Part shown: positions 1-9,580 of the stretch, one piece after another
How the letters are laid out: every line of letters begins with the position of its first letter
Numbering within the stretch: position 1 is the stretch's first letter
Assembly (NCBI GenBank): GCA_963704805.1
Contig: CAVPHS010000001.1
Location: forward strand, 850,496-914,495
From: an uncultured Gemmatimonadales bacterium
Lineage (GTDB): Bacteria; Gemmatimonadota; Gemmatimonadetes; Gemmatimonadales; GWC2-71-9
DNA length: 64,000 bases
Reading direction: 5' to 3'
The notes under the pieces: model-generated
What the model saw: the letters and a program-made list of their open reading frames with translations, nothing else
Databases searched by the model: none
What the model was told of the DNA's origin: nothing
Program-made: the position numbers and the translations under genes

Positions 1-909
1 CTGTGGCGCTATGGGCTGCACCTCAAGGAGGAGGTCGAGCAGGACCTCGTCCGGCTCGCGACGCGGCTGGACGGACGGCCCTGGCCAGAGCTGGTGGACA
101 AGCTGCGCGGCGACCATCCCAGCCCCGCCGAGCTCGTGGACGCGTACGCCAAGGAGATGGCCCGGGCCAGGGACTTCGTCGCGACGCGCAAGCTCGCCCC
201 GATCCCCAGCGCGCCGCTTGGCGTCATCCCCACGCCCGCCTTCATGCGTCCCGTGATTCCGTACGCTGCCTACGACAGCCCCGGCGCCTACAGCCGCGAC
301 CGCACCGGGTGGTTCTACGTGACGGTGCCGGACCCGCGGCTGCCGCAGGCCCAGCAGGAGCGCATTCTGCGCGACCACTGCCGCTACGAGCTGGCCGCGA
401 CGGCGCTGCATGAGGGGTATCCGGGCCATCACCTGCAGCTCGCGATCGCCAAGGAGCAGGCGTCGCACGTGCGGAAGAACCTTTGGACGCCGCTCACGGT
501 CGAAGGGTGGGCACTGTACTGCGAAGACATGATGGGCGAAGAGGGATTCTACGCCTCGGTTCAAGAGCTGTTCTTCCAGCGCGTCCATCTGCTGTGGCGC
601 GCGATGCGCATCCTGCTGGACGTTGGCCTGCATACCCGCGGTATGACGCGAGAAGAAGCGGTCAATCAGATGGTCAACGAGCTGCATGTCGAGCGGGGCA
701 ACGCCGAAGCCGAGGTACGCCGCTACTGCGCGTGGCCTGCCTATCAGCTGTGCTATGCCGTCGGCCGGCGGGAGCTGCTGCGGTTGCGCGATGACTTCCG
801 CCAGTCACGAGGGAACGAATTCACCCTGCGCGGCTTCCACGATGCTGTGCTGCCGTATGGCGGCCTGCCAGTCACACTGATCCGTTGGGGGCTTGGCCTG
901 GGTGAGTGA
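1..909 (+). CDS. DUF885-family protein, C-terminal part (5' end outside the window)
   Basis: Frame 1 is open from base 1 (LWRYGLHLKEEVEQ...) and runs into the listed ORF 94..909. The HEGYPGHHLQ motif and the C-terminal layout are typical of DUF885 proteins. Confidence 0.7.
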   Translation: MWRYGLHLKEEVEQDLVRLATRLDGRPWPELVDKLRGDHPSPAELVDAYAKEMARARDFVATRKLAPIPSAPLGVIPTPAFMRPVIPYAAYDSPGAYSRDRTGWFYVTVPDPRLPQAQQERILRDHCRYELAATALHEGYPGHHLQLAIAKEQASHVRKNLWTPLTVEGWALYCEDMMGEEGFYASVQELFFQRVHLLWRAMRILLDVGLHTRGMTREEAVNQMVNELHVERGNAEAEVRRYCAWPAYQLCYAVGRRELLRLRDDFRQSRGNEFTLRGFHDAVLPYGGLPVTLIRWGLGLGE

Positions 910-2104
910 CGCTTCCCGGCTTCCCCGGCAGGTCAAGCTCTTCGGTGCTGTTTCCCTTCTAAATGATTTCGCCAGCGAGATGGTGTACCCGCTGCTGCCG
1001 GCGTTCGTTACCGGCGTGCTGGGCGGCGGGGCGGCGGCGCTTGGTGCGTTGGACGGCGCGGCCGATGCCGCCGCGGCGCTCGTAAAGCTCGTGGCCGGGC
1101 GGCTTGCCGATCGTCCGGCGCGCCGCGGACCGTTGATCGTCGGCGGCTACTTCATCGCGGCCGCCGTCCGGCCGATCATCGCCTTCACCGCGGCGTCGTG
1201 GCAGGTGATCGGGCTGCGGGTCGTCGATCGCATCGGCAAGGGGATGCGCACGCCGCCGCGCGATGCGCTGATTGCCGACGTGACCCCCGCTCCACTCGTC
1301 GGTCGCGCGTTTGGATTACAGCGCGGCCTCGATCACGTGGGTGCGGTGGTGGGACCGTTGGTGGCGTGGTGGTTGCTGTCGAGCGGCGCGGATGTGAGGC
1401 GGGTCATCCTGGTGAGCTTTGTGCCGGGGGTGATTGTCGTCTTGCTGGCGATGTGGGCGGTGAGAGTACGGACGGTAGAGGACGGTAGGGGACGGAAGGG
1501 GACGGTAGAGGGAACTGCTCCATCAGAACGCCTACCGTCCTCTACCGTCCCCTACCGTCCTTTACCGTCTTCTCTCATCGCCATCTCCCTCTTCTACCTC
1601 CTCCGCATGCCCGAGACATTGATGATCCTGCGGGCCCAGCAGCTCGGCATCGCCGTCGCACTCGTGCCGCTGCTGTGGGCGGCCTTGCACGTCGTGCGCT
1701 CCTCGACGTCATTCGTCGGCGGCGCGCTGGCGGACCGGATCGGCGCTTCGCGCACGATGTGGATCGGGTGGCTGATCTACGTGGCGCTCGCGGCGGGGAT
1801 GGGATTGACGAGGAGTCCGCTGGGCGGATGGATCCTGTTTCTCGCGATCGGGATAGTAGCGGGCATGACCGAGAGTCCCGAACGGGCCCTCGTCAGCGCG
1901 GCGACCGGCGGACGTCGTGGGAGCGGATTCGGGGTGTATCACGCGCTCACCGGTGTCGCGGCACTCATCGGCGGCATCGCCCTTGGCGTCGTTTTTCAGC
2001 GCGTCGACGGCGCGACCGCGTTTATCGTAAGTGCTGCTGGCACTGTTGGTTTGGTGATTCTCTGGCCAATCTGGAGCCGTTCGCATAGCGTTCCGCCGCG
2101 ATGA
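893..2104 (+). CDS. MFS transporter
   Basis: 403-aa ORF with 6+6 hydrophobic segments and an LLNDFASEMVYPLLPAF N-terminus. The start is TTG 893 or GTG 902. The central loop carries the 1470..1570 repeat. Confidence 0.85.
   Translation: MAWVSDASRLPRQVKLFGAVSLLNDFASEMVYPLLPAFVTGVLGGGAAALGALDGAADAAAALVKLVAGRLADRPARRGPLIVGGYFIAAAVRPIIAFTAASWQVIGLRVVDRIGKGMRTPPRDALIADVTPAPLVGRAFGLQRGLDHVGAVVGPLVAWWLLSSGADVRRVILVSFVPGVIVVLLAMWAVRVRTVEDGRGRKGTVEGTAPSERLPSSTVPYRPLPSSLIAISLFYLLRMPETLMILRAQQLGIAVALVPLLWAALHVVRSSTSFVGGALADRIGASRTMWIGWLIYVALAAGMGLTRSPLGGWILFLAIGIVAGMTESPERALVSAATGGRRGSGFGVYHALTGVAALIGGIALGVVFQRVDGATAFIVSAAGTVGLVILWPIWSRSHSVPPR
1470..1570. repeat. Inverted repeat with ~40-bp arms, each arm made of four 10-bp tandem units (GGACGGTAGR and its complement), ~20-nt spacer
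   Basis: Left arm 1470..1510 is ggacggtaga ggacggtagg ggacggaagg ggacggtaga. Right arm 1531..1570 is its reverse complement at about 35 of 40 positions by hand alignment. It lies in frame within the MFS central loop. Confidence 0.85.
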
Positions 2105-4026
2105 GCGGCCCAGAAGCACCTCAGAATCCCCCTCCGGCGACCGGCGCGCACACGAAACCCCGAGGGCGTTACCTCGCCCGTCTGGCGCTGCTCGCCCTGG
2201 GTGTGGTCTACGGCGACATCGGGACCAGCCCGCTGTACGCAATCCGCGAGGCGTTTCATGGCCAGCACGGCATTCCCGTCACGCCGGGCAACGTGCTCGG
2301 CGTGCTGTCGCTGATCTTCTGGGCACTGATCCTCATCGTCACGGTCAAGTACCACGTCGTCATCATTCGCGCCGACAACAAGGGGGAAGGTGGCGTGCTG
2401 GCGCTGATGGCACTGGTAAACGGCAGTCGCCTCGCCCGCGGCCTGTCGCCGCGGCGCATCATGATCGTGCTCGGCATTTTCGGGGCTGCGCTGCTCTATG
2501 CCGACGGTGCGTTGACGCCCGCGATCTCCGTCTTGTCGGCGGTGGAGGGCCTCGAGATCGCCACGCCGGCGCTCCAGCCGTGGGTCATTTGGATTACGCT
2601 CGCGATTCTCGTCGGCCTGTTCACGTTCCAGAAGCGGGGGACGGCTGGGGTCGGCGCGGTGTTCGGCCCGGTCATGCTGGTCTGGTTTCTCGCGCTTGCG
2701 ATCCTTGGGCTGAACGGCATCCTGCGTCATCCGGCGGTTGTCGGTGCGGTGCTGCCCACTCACGCGGTGCGGTTCTTCGCCGAGGACCCCGGACGTGGAC
2801 TGCTCGTGTTGGGCGCCGTGTTTTTGGCCGTCACGGGCGGAGAGGCGCTCTATGCTGATCTGGGCCACTTCGGCCACGCCGCGATCCAGCTCGCCTGGTT
2901 CACCATTCCGCTCCCCGCGCTGATGCTGAACTACTTCGGACAGGGAGCGCTGCTGCTGACGAACCCCGAAGCGGCGGCGAACCCATTCTATCTTCTCGCT
3001 CCCGCCAAAGCGCTCTACGCTCTGATCCCGCTCGCGACGGCGGCCACGATCATCGCCTCCCAAGCCATCATCTCGGGCGCGTTCTCGCTCACACGCCAAG
3101 CCGTGCAGCTCGGCTACATCCCGCGCATGGAGATCGAGCACACGTCGTCCCGGGAAATCGGCCAGATCTACGTCCCGACCGTCAACAAGATGCTGATGGT
3201 CCTGACGATCGCCCTCGTCTTGGGCTTCCAGACCTCGAGCAACCTGGCCGGCGCGTACGGCGTGGCGCTCTCGACACTCATGGCGCTCACGACGGTCATG
3301 TTCTATGTGATGAGCCGCGAAGTGTGGGGCTGGAGTATCCTCAAGGCTGCAGCGGTGTCGGGCACGTTCCTGATCGTCGATCTCACGTTCCTCGTCGCGA
3401 ACGCGCTCAAGATTTGGCATGGCGGGTGGGTGCCGCTCGCGATCGCCATCGCGCTGTATTTCGTGATGATCACATGGAAGCGCGGGCGTGAAATCCTCGC
3501 CAAGCGCATGATGGAAAAGACCGTCCCGCTCAAGTTGTTGCTCGCCGATCTCGCCGCCGAGCCACCAACGCGCGTTCCGGGGACGGCGGTGTTCATGTAC
3601 GGCAGCGCCGACGGCACGCCGCCCGCACTCGTGCTGAATCTTACGCACAACAAGGTGCTGCACGAGAAGATCGTGTTTTTGACGATCATCACCGAGGACG
3701 TGCCCCACGTGGGTCCCGAGCAGCGCGTGACGGTGAAGCGCAGCGGCAAGGGATTTCACAGCGTGACTGCCCGCTATGGGTTCATGCAGGATCCCGACAT
3801 CAACGAAGTCCTGGCGGCGTGCAAGAAGAGCAATCTCGACATTCCGCTCGAGGGGTCGACGTTCTTCCTGGGTCGGGAGACGCTGATCGCCTCCGATCGT
3901 CCCGGGATGGCGATGTGGCGCGAGCGGCTGTTCGCCTTCATGTCGCGCAATGCCCTCCGCGCGACCGCGTTCTTCAAGATTCCGCCGAATCAGGTGTTCG
4001 AGGTCGGCGCGTACGTCGAGCTGTAG
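2101..4026 (+). CDS. kup: KUP-family potassium uptake protein
   Basis: 641 aa with the YGDIGTSPLY signature, 12 TM segments and a C-terminal cytoplasmic domain. Its ATGA start overlaps the MFS stop. Confidence 0.95.
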   Translation: MSGPEAPQNPPPATGAHTKPRGRYLARLALLALGVVYGDIGTSPLYAIREAFHGQHGIPVTPGNVLGVLSLIFWALILIVTVKYHVVIIRADNKGEGGVLALMALVNGSRLARGLSPRRIMIVLGIFGAALLYADGALTPAISVLSAVEGLEIATPALQPWVIWITLAILVGLFTFQKRGTAGVGAVFGPVMLVWFLALAILGLNGILRHPAVVGAVLPTHAVRFFAEDPGRGLLVLGAVFLAVTGGEALYADLGHFGHAAIQLAWFTIPLPALMLNYFGQGALLLTNPEAAANPFYLLAPAKALYALIPLATAATIIASQAIISGAFSLTRQAVQLGYIPRMEIEHTSSREIGQIYVPTVNKMLMVLTIALVLGFQTSSNLAGAYGVALSTLMALTTVMFYVMSREVWGWSILKAAAVSGTFLIVDLTFLVANALKIWHGGWVPLAIAIALYFVMITWKRGREILAKRMMEKTVPLKLLLADLAAEPPTRVPGTAVFMYGSADGTPPALVLNLTHNKVLHEKIVFLTIITEDVPHVGPEQRVTVKRSGKGFHSVTARYGFMQDPDINEVLAACKKSNLDIPLEGSTFFLGRETLIASDRPGMAMWRERLFAFMSRNALRATAFFKIPPNQVFEVGAYVEL

Positions 4027-4033
4027 CCGCTCA

Positions 4034-4876
4034 CTAGCTGCCCCCGCCGACGATCAGCAGCACCGCGATGAGTGCGGCTGCGACCCCCGCCGTCTGCCAG
4101 GAGTTCAGACGCTCGCCCAGAAGGGCGCGGGCGAGCAGCACGGTGCTGGCTGGATAGAGTGAGCAGAGGGTGACCACCAGGCTCAGCGGGCCGAGCTGGG
4201 ACGCCACCAGGTAGAGGCCATTTGCCAGCATGTCGAGCATCCCGCCCCCGACGGCGAGTGCGGCAAGCCGCACGGGCATCCGTAGCGAGCGGCGTCCCAC
4301 CAGGGCGACGATGGTGAACAAGCTCACGGACGAGGCACGGGCGGTGAGGAGCGGCCAGAGACCGCTCGCCTGGTGCGTCCGTGCGAGGGCGAGCAGGAAT
4401 AATCCGATCGCGACACCGGACACGAGTGCCGGGCCCACGCCGGAGGAACGAGCGGGCTCGTTCGGGCTCGGCGTTTGACGGCTGACCAGCACGATCGCCG
4501 CAATCCCCACCAGGATGCCGACAACGGCGAGTAAGCCCGGTCGCTCTCCGAGCGCGATCGAGGTAACCACGGGAATGGCAACAGCAGCGAGCGCAGTGAT
4601 AGGCGCGACGACCGACATCGTCCCGATCGCCAACGCATGGTAGAGCAGCGCAACACCGACACCGCCCGCCAGGCCCGCGGCCGCGCCCCACCAGAGATCG
4701 GCCGCCTGTGGCGCTGCGGCTGGAAGGAGCGGCAGGACCAGGACGACCAACAGCAGCCCGCTTGCTTGCGAGAGCAGGACCACCGGAATGGCGGCGGCGC
4801 GCCGGGTGGCGATCCCACCCGTGAAGTCGGCAGCGCCGTAAACGACGGCGGACAGGATTGCGAGCAGATAGGGCAC
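4034..4876 (-). CDS. EamA/DMT-family transporter
   Basis: 280 aa, about 10 TM segments in a two-repeat EamA-like layout. It converges on kup with a 7-nt gap. Confidence 0.85.
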   Translation of the reverse strand: MPYLLAILSAVVYGAADFTGGIATRRAAAIPVVLLSQASGLLLVVLVLPLLPAAAPQAADLWWGAAAGLAGGVGVALLYHALAIGTMSVVAPITALAAVAIPVVTSIALGERPGLLAVVGILVGIAAIVLVSRQTPSPNEPARSSGVGPALVSGVAIGLFLLALARTHQASGLWPLLTARASSVSLFTIVALVGRRSLRMPVRLAALAVGGGMLDMLANGLYLVASQLGPLSLVVTLCSLYPASTVLLARALLGERLNSWQTAGVAAALIAVLLIVGGGS

Positions 4877-4935
4877 GGCGGCTCCTCTGCGAATGCTTCC
4901 GGTTGTCTTGATGTTCCCTTAATGCTCGCTGTGAA

Positions 4936-4957
4936 TTTCTTGATTATTTCCTAATAT
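4936..4957 (+). promoter_or_regulatory. Candidate response-regulator (KdpE-type) operator: 11-bp direct repeat TTTCTTGATTA / TTTCCTAATAT
   Basis: The two adjacent 11-bp half-sites lie in a ~35% GC island about 40 nt upstream of the first kdp-operon ORF. No experimental or motif-search support. Confidence 0.2.
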
Positions 4958-4995
4958 GCAGCTCACTATCGTCCGCGGCTGAGAAAGGGACATCC

Positions 4996-5109
4996 ATGCT
5001 CGACATCGTCTACATCGCGGTGACCGTGGCCTTCTTTGGTCTGATGCTCGCGTACGTACGTGGCTGCGAGCGACTCGGCCACGATTCCACCGGTGAGGAC
5101 CGGCCGTGA
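4996..5109 (+). CDS. Small hydrophobic peptide (37 aa) preceding kdpF
   Basis: MLDIVYIAVTVAFFGLMLAYVRGCERLGHDSTGEDRP has one TM helix. A GAGAAAGGGA Shine-Dalgarno-like element lies 6 nt upstream, and its TGA stop overlaps the kdpF GTG (GTGA). Confidence 0.4.
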   Translation: MLDIVYIAVTVAFFGLMLAYVRGCERLGHDSTGEDRP

Positions 5110-5195
5110 GTGCCCTCACGATCATCGGCACTGTGGTCTGCGTGCTAATCCTGGCGTATCTCGTTTACAGCCTGCTCAGGCCCGAGAAGTTCTGA
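5106..5195 (+). CDS. kdpF: K+-transporting ATPase subunit F
   Basis: 29-aa VSALTIIGTVVCVLILAYLVYSLLRPEKF. Length, single TM helix, the LxYLxYxL core and the position 10 nt upstream of kdpA all match KdpF. It is below the ORF-track size cutoff. Confidence 0.75.
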   Translation: MSALTIIGTVVCVLILAYLVYSLLRPEKF

Positions 5196-5205
5196 GGCGA
5201 TCTCG

Positions 5206-6921
5206 ATGACGCTAAACGGCTGGCTCCAGATTCTCTTCTTCGCGGTGGCGGTCTTCGCCATCACGAAGCCCGCGGGATTGTACATCCAACGCGTCTACGA
5301 CGGCTCGATGCGCTGGCTCACCCCCGTCGAGCGGGCGATCTATCGCGTCTGCGGCATCGACCCCGACGAAGACCAGCACTGGACCCGCTACGCCGCGGGC
5401 CTGCTGCTGTTCAGCGCGGTCTCGATGCTCGTCACGTACATCGCGCTGCGTCTTCAGGATCATCTGCCGCTCAATCCGTTCGCGCGCGGCCCGGTGCCCG
5501 ATCGCCAGGCGTTCGAGACGGCGGCGAGCTTCACGACGAACACGAACTGGCAGTCGTACTCGGGCGAGACGATGATGTCGTACTTCTCGCAGATGACGCA
5601 GCTCGCGTTCCACAACTTCGGGTCTGCTGCGGTCGGCGTGGCCGCCGCGATCGCGCTGGGGCGGGGCATCGCGCGCCGCTCCGCGGGCAAGATCGGCAAC
5701 TTCTGGACCGACCTGGTCCGGGGGACGCTATACCTCTTCCTACCGCTGTCGTTCATCCTGGCGCTGCTCTTTGTGCAGCAGGGCGCGATCCAGAACTTCG
5801 CGCACTATGTCACGGCCACCACGGTCGAAGGGGCAAAGCAGGTTCTGGCCATGGGTCCCGTGGCTAGCCAGTCGGCGATCAAGCAGCTCGGCACGAACGG
5901 CGGCGGATTCTTCAACGCCAACGCGGCGCATCCGTTCGAGAGCCCCACGCCGTGGACCAACTTCCTGTCGACGTTCGCGATTTTCATCATCCCCGCCGGC
6001 CTCACCTACACCTTCGGCCGGATGGTGAAGAACCAGAAGCACGGCTGGGCCTTGTGGGCCGCCATGTTCGTGCTGTTTGCGGCGGGGGTCACGACAGCCT
6101 ACTGGGCCGAAGCGCGCGGCAACCCGATTCACGCGGCCCGCGGCGTGGACATCGTGACGTCCGCCACGAATCCCGGCGGCAACATGGAAGGGAAAGAAGT
6201 CCGCTTCGGGATCGCAACCTCCGCTCTCTATGCCACGGTGACGACCGACGCTTCCTGCGGCGCCGTCAACAGCATGCATGATTCCTTCACGCCCCTCGGC
6301 GGGATGGTGCCGTTGCTGAACATCCAGCTGGGCGAGCTGATCTTCGGCGGCGTGGGGTCGGGACTCTACGGGATGATCGTCATGGCCATTCTGACGGTCT
6401 TCATCGCTGGCCTCATGGTCGGACGAACGCCGGAGTATCTGGGCAAAAAGATCCAGAGCCGGGAGGTCCGCATGGCAATGTTGTACGTGCTGATCTTCCC
6501 GGCGTACATCCTGGTCCTCACGGCCGCCTCCTCCGTGCTTCCGGACGGCCTCGTGGGTCGCAATAACGCTGGCCCGCACGGGCTCTCCGAAATCCTGTAC
6601 GCGTTCAGCTCCGTAACGGGCAACAACGGCAGCGCCTTCGCCGGTTTGACAGGCGGGACGTACTGGTACAACACGACCCTTGGCCTCGGCACCCTGTTCG
6701 GCCGGTTCGCGATGATGGTCCCGATGCTTGCGCTCGCCGGCTTTCTCGCCGAGCGGAAGACGGTGCCGGAATCGCTCGGCACGTTCCCCGTCACGACGCC
6801 GTTGTTCGTCGTGTTGCTCGTGGGCGTGATCCTGATCGTCGGCGCGTTGACGTTCTTCCCGGCGCTGTCCCTCGGGCCGATCGTCGAGCACCTGCTAATG
6901 AAAGCGGGGACACTGTTCTAA
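5206..6921 (+). CDS. kdpA: K+-transporting ATPase subunit A
   Basis: 571 aa, [11 protein letters not shown] and other KdpA hallmark segments. Confidence 0.97.
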   Translation: MTLNGWLQILFFAVAVFAITKPAGLYIQRVYDGSMRWLTPVERAIYRVCGIDPDEDQHWTRYAAGLLLFSAVSMLVTYIALRLQDHLPLNPFARGPVPDRQAFETAASFTTNTNWQSYSGETMMSYFSQMTQLAFHNFGSAAVGVAAAIALGRGIARRSAGKIGNFWTDLVRGTLYLFLPLSFILALLFVQQGAIQNFAHYVTATTVEGAKQVLAMGPVASQSAIKQLGTNGGGFFNANAAHPFESPTPWTNFLSTFAIFIIPAGLTYTFGRMVKNQKHGWALWAAMFVLFAAGVTTAYWAEARGNPIHAARGVDIVTSATNPGGNMEGKEVRFGIATSALYATVTTDASCGAVNSMHDSFTPLGGMVPLLNIQLGELIFGGVGSGLYGMIVMAILTVFIAGLMVGRTPEYLGKKIQSREVRMAMLYVLIFPAYILVLTAASSVLPDGLVGRNNAGPHGLSEILYAFSSVTGNNGSAFAGLTGGTYWYNTTLGLGTLFGRFAMMVPMLALAGFLAERKTVPESLGTFPVTTPLFVVLLVGVILIVGALTFFPALSLGPIVEHLLMKAGTLF

Positions 6922-8990
6922 TGGCTCTCACCAAGCGGCCCCTCTTCGATCCGCCGATCGTGCGGCGCGCCGTGCGCGACGCGTTCGGCAAGACCGTGAA
7001 TCTGCGGCACATGCTCCGCAACCCCGTGATGTTCGTGGTGCTCGTGGGCAGCGTGCTCACGACGGTCGTGCTGGTGGGCGACATCATCCGCGGCGGGGCG
7101 AACATAGGATTCACGCTGCAGCTCGCGGTATGGCTGTGGTTTACGGTGGTCTTCGCCAACTTCGCCGAGGCCATGGCCGAAGGGCGGGGCAAGGCCCAGG
7201 CCGAGTCGCTGCGGCGCTCGCGCACGCTGACGAGCGCGAAGCGCCTGAAGGACCCCAAGAACCGCGCGGCGTTCACGGCCGTGCCTGCCGACCAGCTGCG
7301 CAAAGGCGACATCGTCCTCGTGACGCCGGGTGAGTTGATCCCCGGCGACGGCGAAGCGATCGACGGTGTGGCCTCGGTGGACGAGTCGGCAGTGACGGGT
7401 GAATCCGCGCCGGTCATCCGCGAATCGGGCGGGGACCGCTCTGCGGTCACTGGCGGAACGAAGGTTTTGTCCGACTATCTCGTTATTCGCATCACGGCGA
7501 ATCCCGGCGAGACGTTCCTCGACCGCATGATCGGCCTGGTGGAGGGCGCCAAGCGGCAGAAGACGCCCAACGAGATCGCGCTGGTCATCCTGCTCTCGGG
7601 ACTGACGATCGTCTTCCTGTTCGCGGTGGTGACGCTCAAGCCGTTCGCGATCTACTCGGGAGGCGACGCGACCATTCCGATTCTTGTTGCGCTCCTCGTC
7701 TGCCTCATTCCCACCACGATCGGTGGCTTGCTGTCGGCCATCGGCATCGCCGGCATGGACCGGATGATTCAGCACAACGTCATCGCGATGAGCGGCCGCG
7801 CGGTCGAGGCAGCGGGCGACGTCAACACACTGCTCCTCGACAAGACGGGCACGATCACGTTGGGCAACCGCCAGGCGGTCGAGTTCGTGCCGGCGCCGGG
7901 CGTGACCAAGGAGTATCTCGCGGACCGCGCCCAGCTGGCTTCTCTGCCCGACGAAACGCCCGAAGGCCGCAGCATCGTGGTCCTGGCGAAACAATTCGGC
8001 GTGCGCGGCCGGAACCTCTCGGAAGAGGGGGATCGGCCGCACGTGGAGCTCGTCGCCTTTTCGGCCGCCACGCGGATGAGCGGGATCAACACGCAGGGCA
8101 CTCAGCTGCGGAAGGGTGCATCCGATGCAATTACGAAGTGGGTGCACGAGCAGGGCGGCGATATCCCCGCGGCGCTCAATACCGATGTCGAACGGATCGC
8201 ACGGGCGGGCGGAACGCCGCTGGTCGTGGCGGAGCGCGGCAACGGGAAAGCCCGCGCGCTCGGTGTCATCTATCTGAAGGATGTCGTGAAGGGCGGCATG
8301 CGCGAGCGCTTCGTGCAGCTGCGTACCATGGGCATCCGCACCGTGATGATCACCGGCGACAATCCGCTCACGGCCGCGGCAATCGCCGCCGAGGCCGGGG
8401 TGGACGATTTCCTCGCCGAAGCGAAGCCCGAGGACAAGATGGCGCTGATCAAGCGCGAGCAGGCGGGCGGCCGCCTCGTCGCGATGGCGGGCGACGGCAC
8501 CAACGATGCTCCGGCGCTGGCGCAGGCCGACGTCGCGGTGGCGATGCACACGGGCACCCAGGCGGCCAAAGAAGCGGGCAATCTGATCGACCTGGACTCG
8601 AATCCGACCAAGCTCATCGAGGTCGTGGAGATCGGGAAGCAGCTGTTGATCACCCGTGGCGCGTTGACGACGTTCTCGATCGCCAACGACGTCGCGAAGT
8701 ACTTCGCCATCATCCCGGCGATGTTCATCGCGACGTACCCCGCGCTGCAGGCGCTCAACATCATGCGGCTGCATTCGGCGCAGTCCGCGATTCTCGCGAG
8801 CGTCATCTTCAACGCACTCATCATCATCGCTCTGATCCCGCTCGCGCTGCGCGGGGTGACGTGGCGGCCCGCGCCGGCCGCAGTGATTCTGCGCCGCAAC
8901 CTTTGGATCTACGGCGTCGGCGGCATCCTGATTCCGTTTGCGGGGATCAAGGTCATCGACGTGCTGCTCAACCTGCTCCACCTGGTATGA
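6921..8990 (+). CDS. kdpB: K+-transporting P-type ATPase subunit B
   Basis: 689 aa with DKTGTIT, TGDN and [11 protein letters not shown]-type ATPase motifs. Confidence 0.97.
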   Translation: MALTKRPLFDPPIVRRAVRDAFGKTVNLRHMLRNPVMFVVLVGSVLTTVVLVGDIIRGGANIGFTLQLAVWLWFTVVFANFAEAMAEGRGKAQAESLRRSRTLTSAKRLKDPKNRAAFTAVPADQLRKGDIVLVTPGELIPGDGEAIDGVASVDESAVTGESAPVIRESGGDRSAVTGGTKVLSDYLVIRITANPGETFLDRMIGLVEGAKRQKTPNEIALVILLSGLTIVFLFAVVTLKPFAIYSGGDATIPILVALLVCLIPTTIGGLLSAIGIAGMDRMIQHNVIAMSGRAVEAAGDVNTLLLDKTGTITLGNRQAVEFVPAPGVTKEYLADRAQLASLPDETPEGRSIVVLAKQFGVRGRNLSEEGDRPHVELVAFSAATRMSGINTQGTQLRKGASDAITKWVHEQGGDIPAALNTDVERIARAGGTPLVVAERGNGKARALGVIYLKDVVKGGMRERFVQLRTMGIRTVMITGDNPLTAAAIAAEAGVDDFLAEAKPEDKMALIKREQAGGRLVAMAGDGTNDAPALAQADVAVAMHTGTQAAKEAGNLIDLDSNPTKLIEVVEIGKQLLITRGALTTFSIANDVAKYFAIIPAMFIATYPALQALNIMRLHSAQSAILASVIFNALIIIALIPLALRGVTWRPAPAAVILRRNLWIYGVGGILIPFAGIKVIDVLLNLLHLV

Positions 8991-9580
8991 CTATGCTCAA
9001 GAGCCAACTGCGTCCCGCGATCGTCGTCACGTTCGTGTTGATCATGATCACGGGCCTCATCTATCCGGGCCTCGTCACCGGCGTGGCGCAGCTCCTGTTC
9101 CCACGCCAGGCGAATGGCTCCCTGGTCACGGTCAATGGCCAGGTCGTCGGGAGCGAGTTGATCGGCCAGCAATTCGCGCGCGCCGAGTACTTCCACTCCC
9201 GTCCCTCAGCGGCGGGGAACGGCTATGACGACACCTTGTCGGCCGGCACCAATAAGGGCCCGACCGACTTGAAGCTCGCCGATACGCTGGTGGCGCAGGC
9301 GGTCGACAGCGCCGTGCGACTCGACGGCGCCGTGAAGGGATCGGTGCCCGCCGACCTGGCCACGCGCTCGGGCTCGGGGCTCGATCCGCACATCTCGCCG
9401 GCCAGCGCGTTCCTGCAGGTCGCGCGTGTGACACGCGCGCGCCATCTTGATTCCGCGGCCGTACGCGCGCTCGTGGACCGGCACGTCGAGGGCCGCACAT
9501 TCGGCTTGCTCGGCGATCCGCGGGTGAACGTGCTCATGCTCAACTTGGCGCTCGACAGTCTAACGAGGAGTCCTCGGTGA
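8987..9580 (+). CDS. kdpC: K+-transporting ATPase subunit C
   Basis: The ATG at 8987 overlaps the kdpB stop (ATGA). N-terminal TM helix and the [13 protein letters not shown] motif are present. The listed 8138..9580 ORF is an out-of-frame upstream extension. Confidence 0.93.
   Translation: MTMLKSQLRPAIVVTFVLIMITGLIYPGLVTGVAQLLFPRQANGSLVTVNGQVVGSELIGQQFARAEYFHSRPSAAGNGYDDTLSAGTNKGPTDLKLADTLVAQAVDSAVRLDGAVKGSVPADLATRSGSGLDPHISPASAFLQVARVTRARHLDSAAVRALVDRHVEGRTFGLLGDPRVNVLMLNLALDSLTRSPR

Noticed and set aside
1996-3759. Very long antisense or alternative-frame ORFs. Examples are 1996..3759(-), 5740..6891(-), 6918..8981(-), 11438..13183(-), 25769..26392(-), 54112..54888(-) and 55628..56611(-).
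   Set aside because: Their translations are Arg/Ala/Gly/Pro/His-rich, low-complexity text typical of stop-poor non-coding frames in a high-GC genome. Each lies opposite or out of frame to a gene with clear family motifs and the expected GC3 bias.
4877-4995. A c-di-AMP (ydaO/kimA-type) riboswitch in the kdp leader, as found upstream of some Firmicute K+ transporters.
   Set aside because: The leader is only ~120 nt and AT-rich. I cannot find the long paired, pseudo-symmetric G/C-rich helices expected for that class. A covariance-model scan (Rfam) would be needed to exclude it formally.
8138-8986. The listed 480-aa ORF 8138..9580 as a large KdpC fusion protein.
   Set aside because: The first ~283 aa are an out-of-frame reading of kdpB (Arg/Gly-rich junk). 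The KdpC sequence begins at ATG 8987, which overlaps the kdpB stop.
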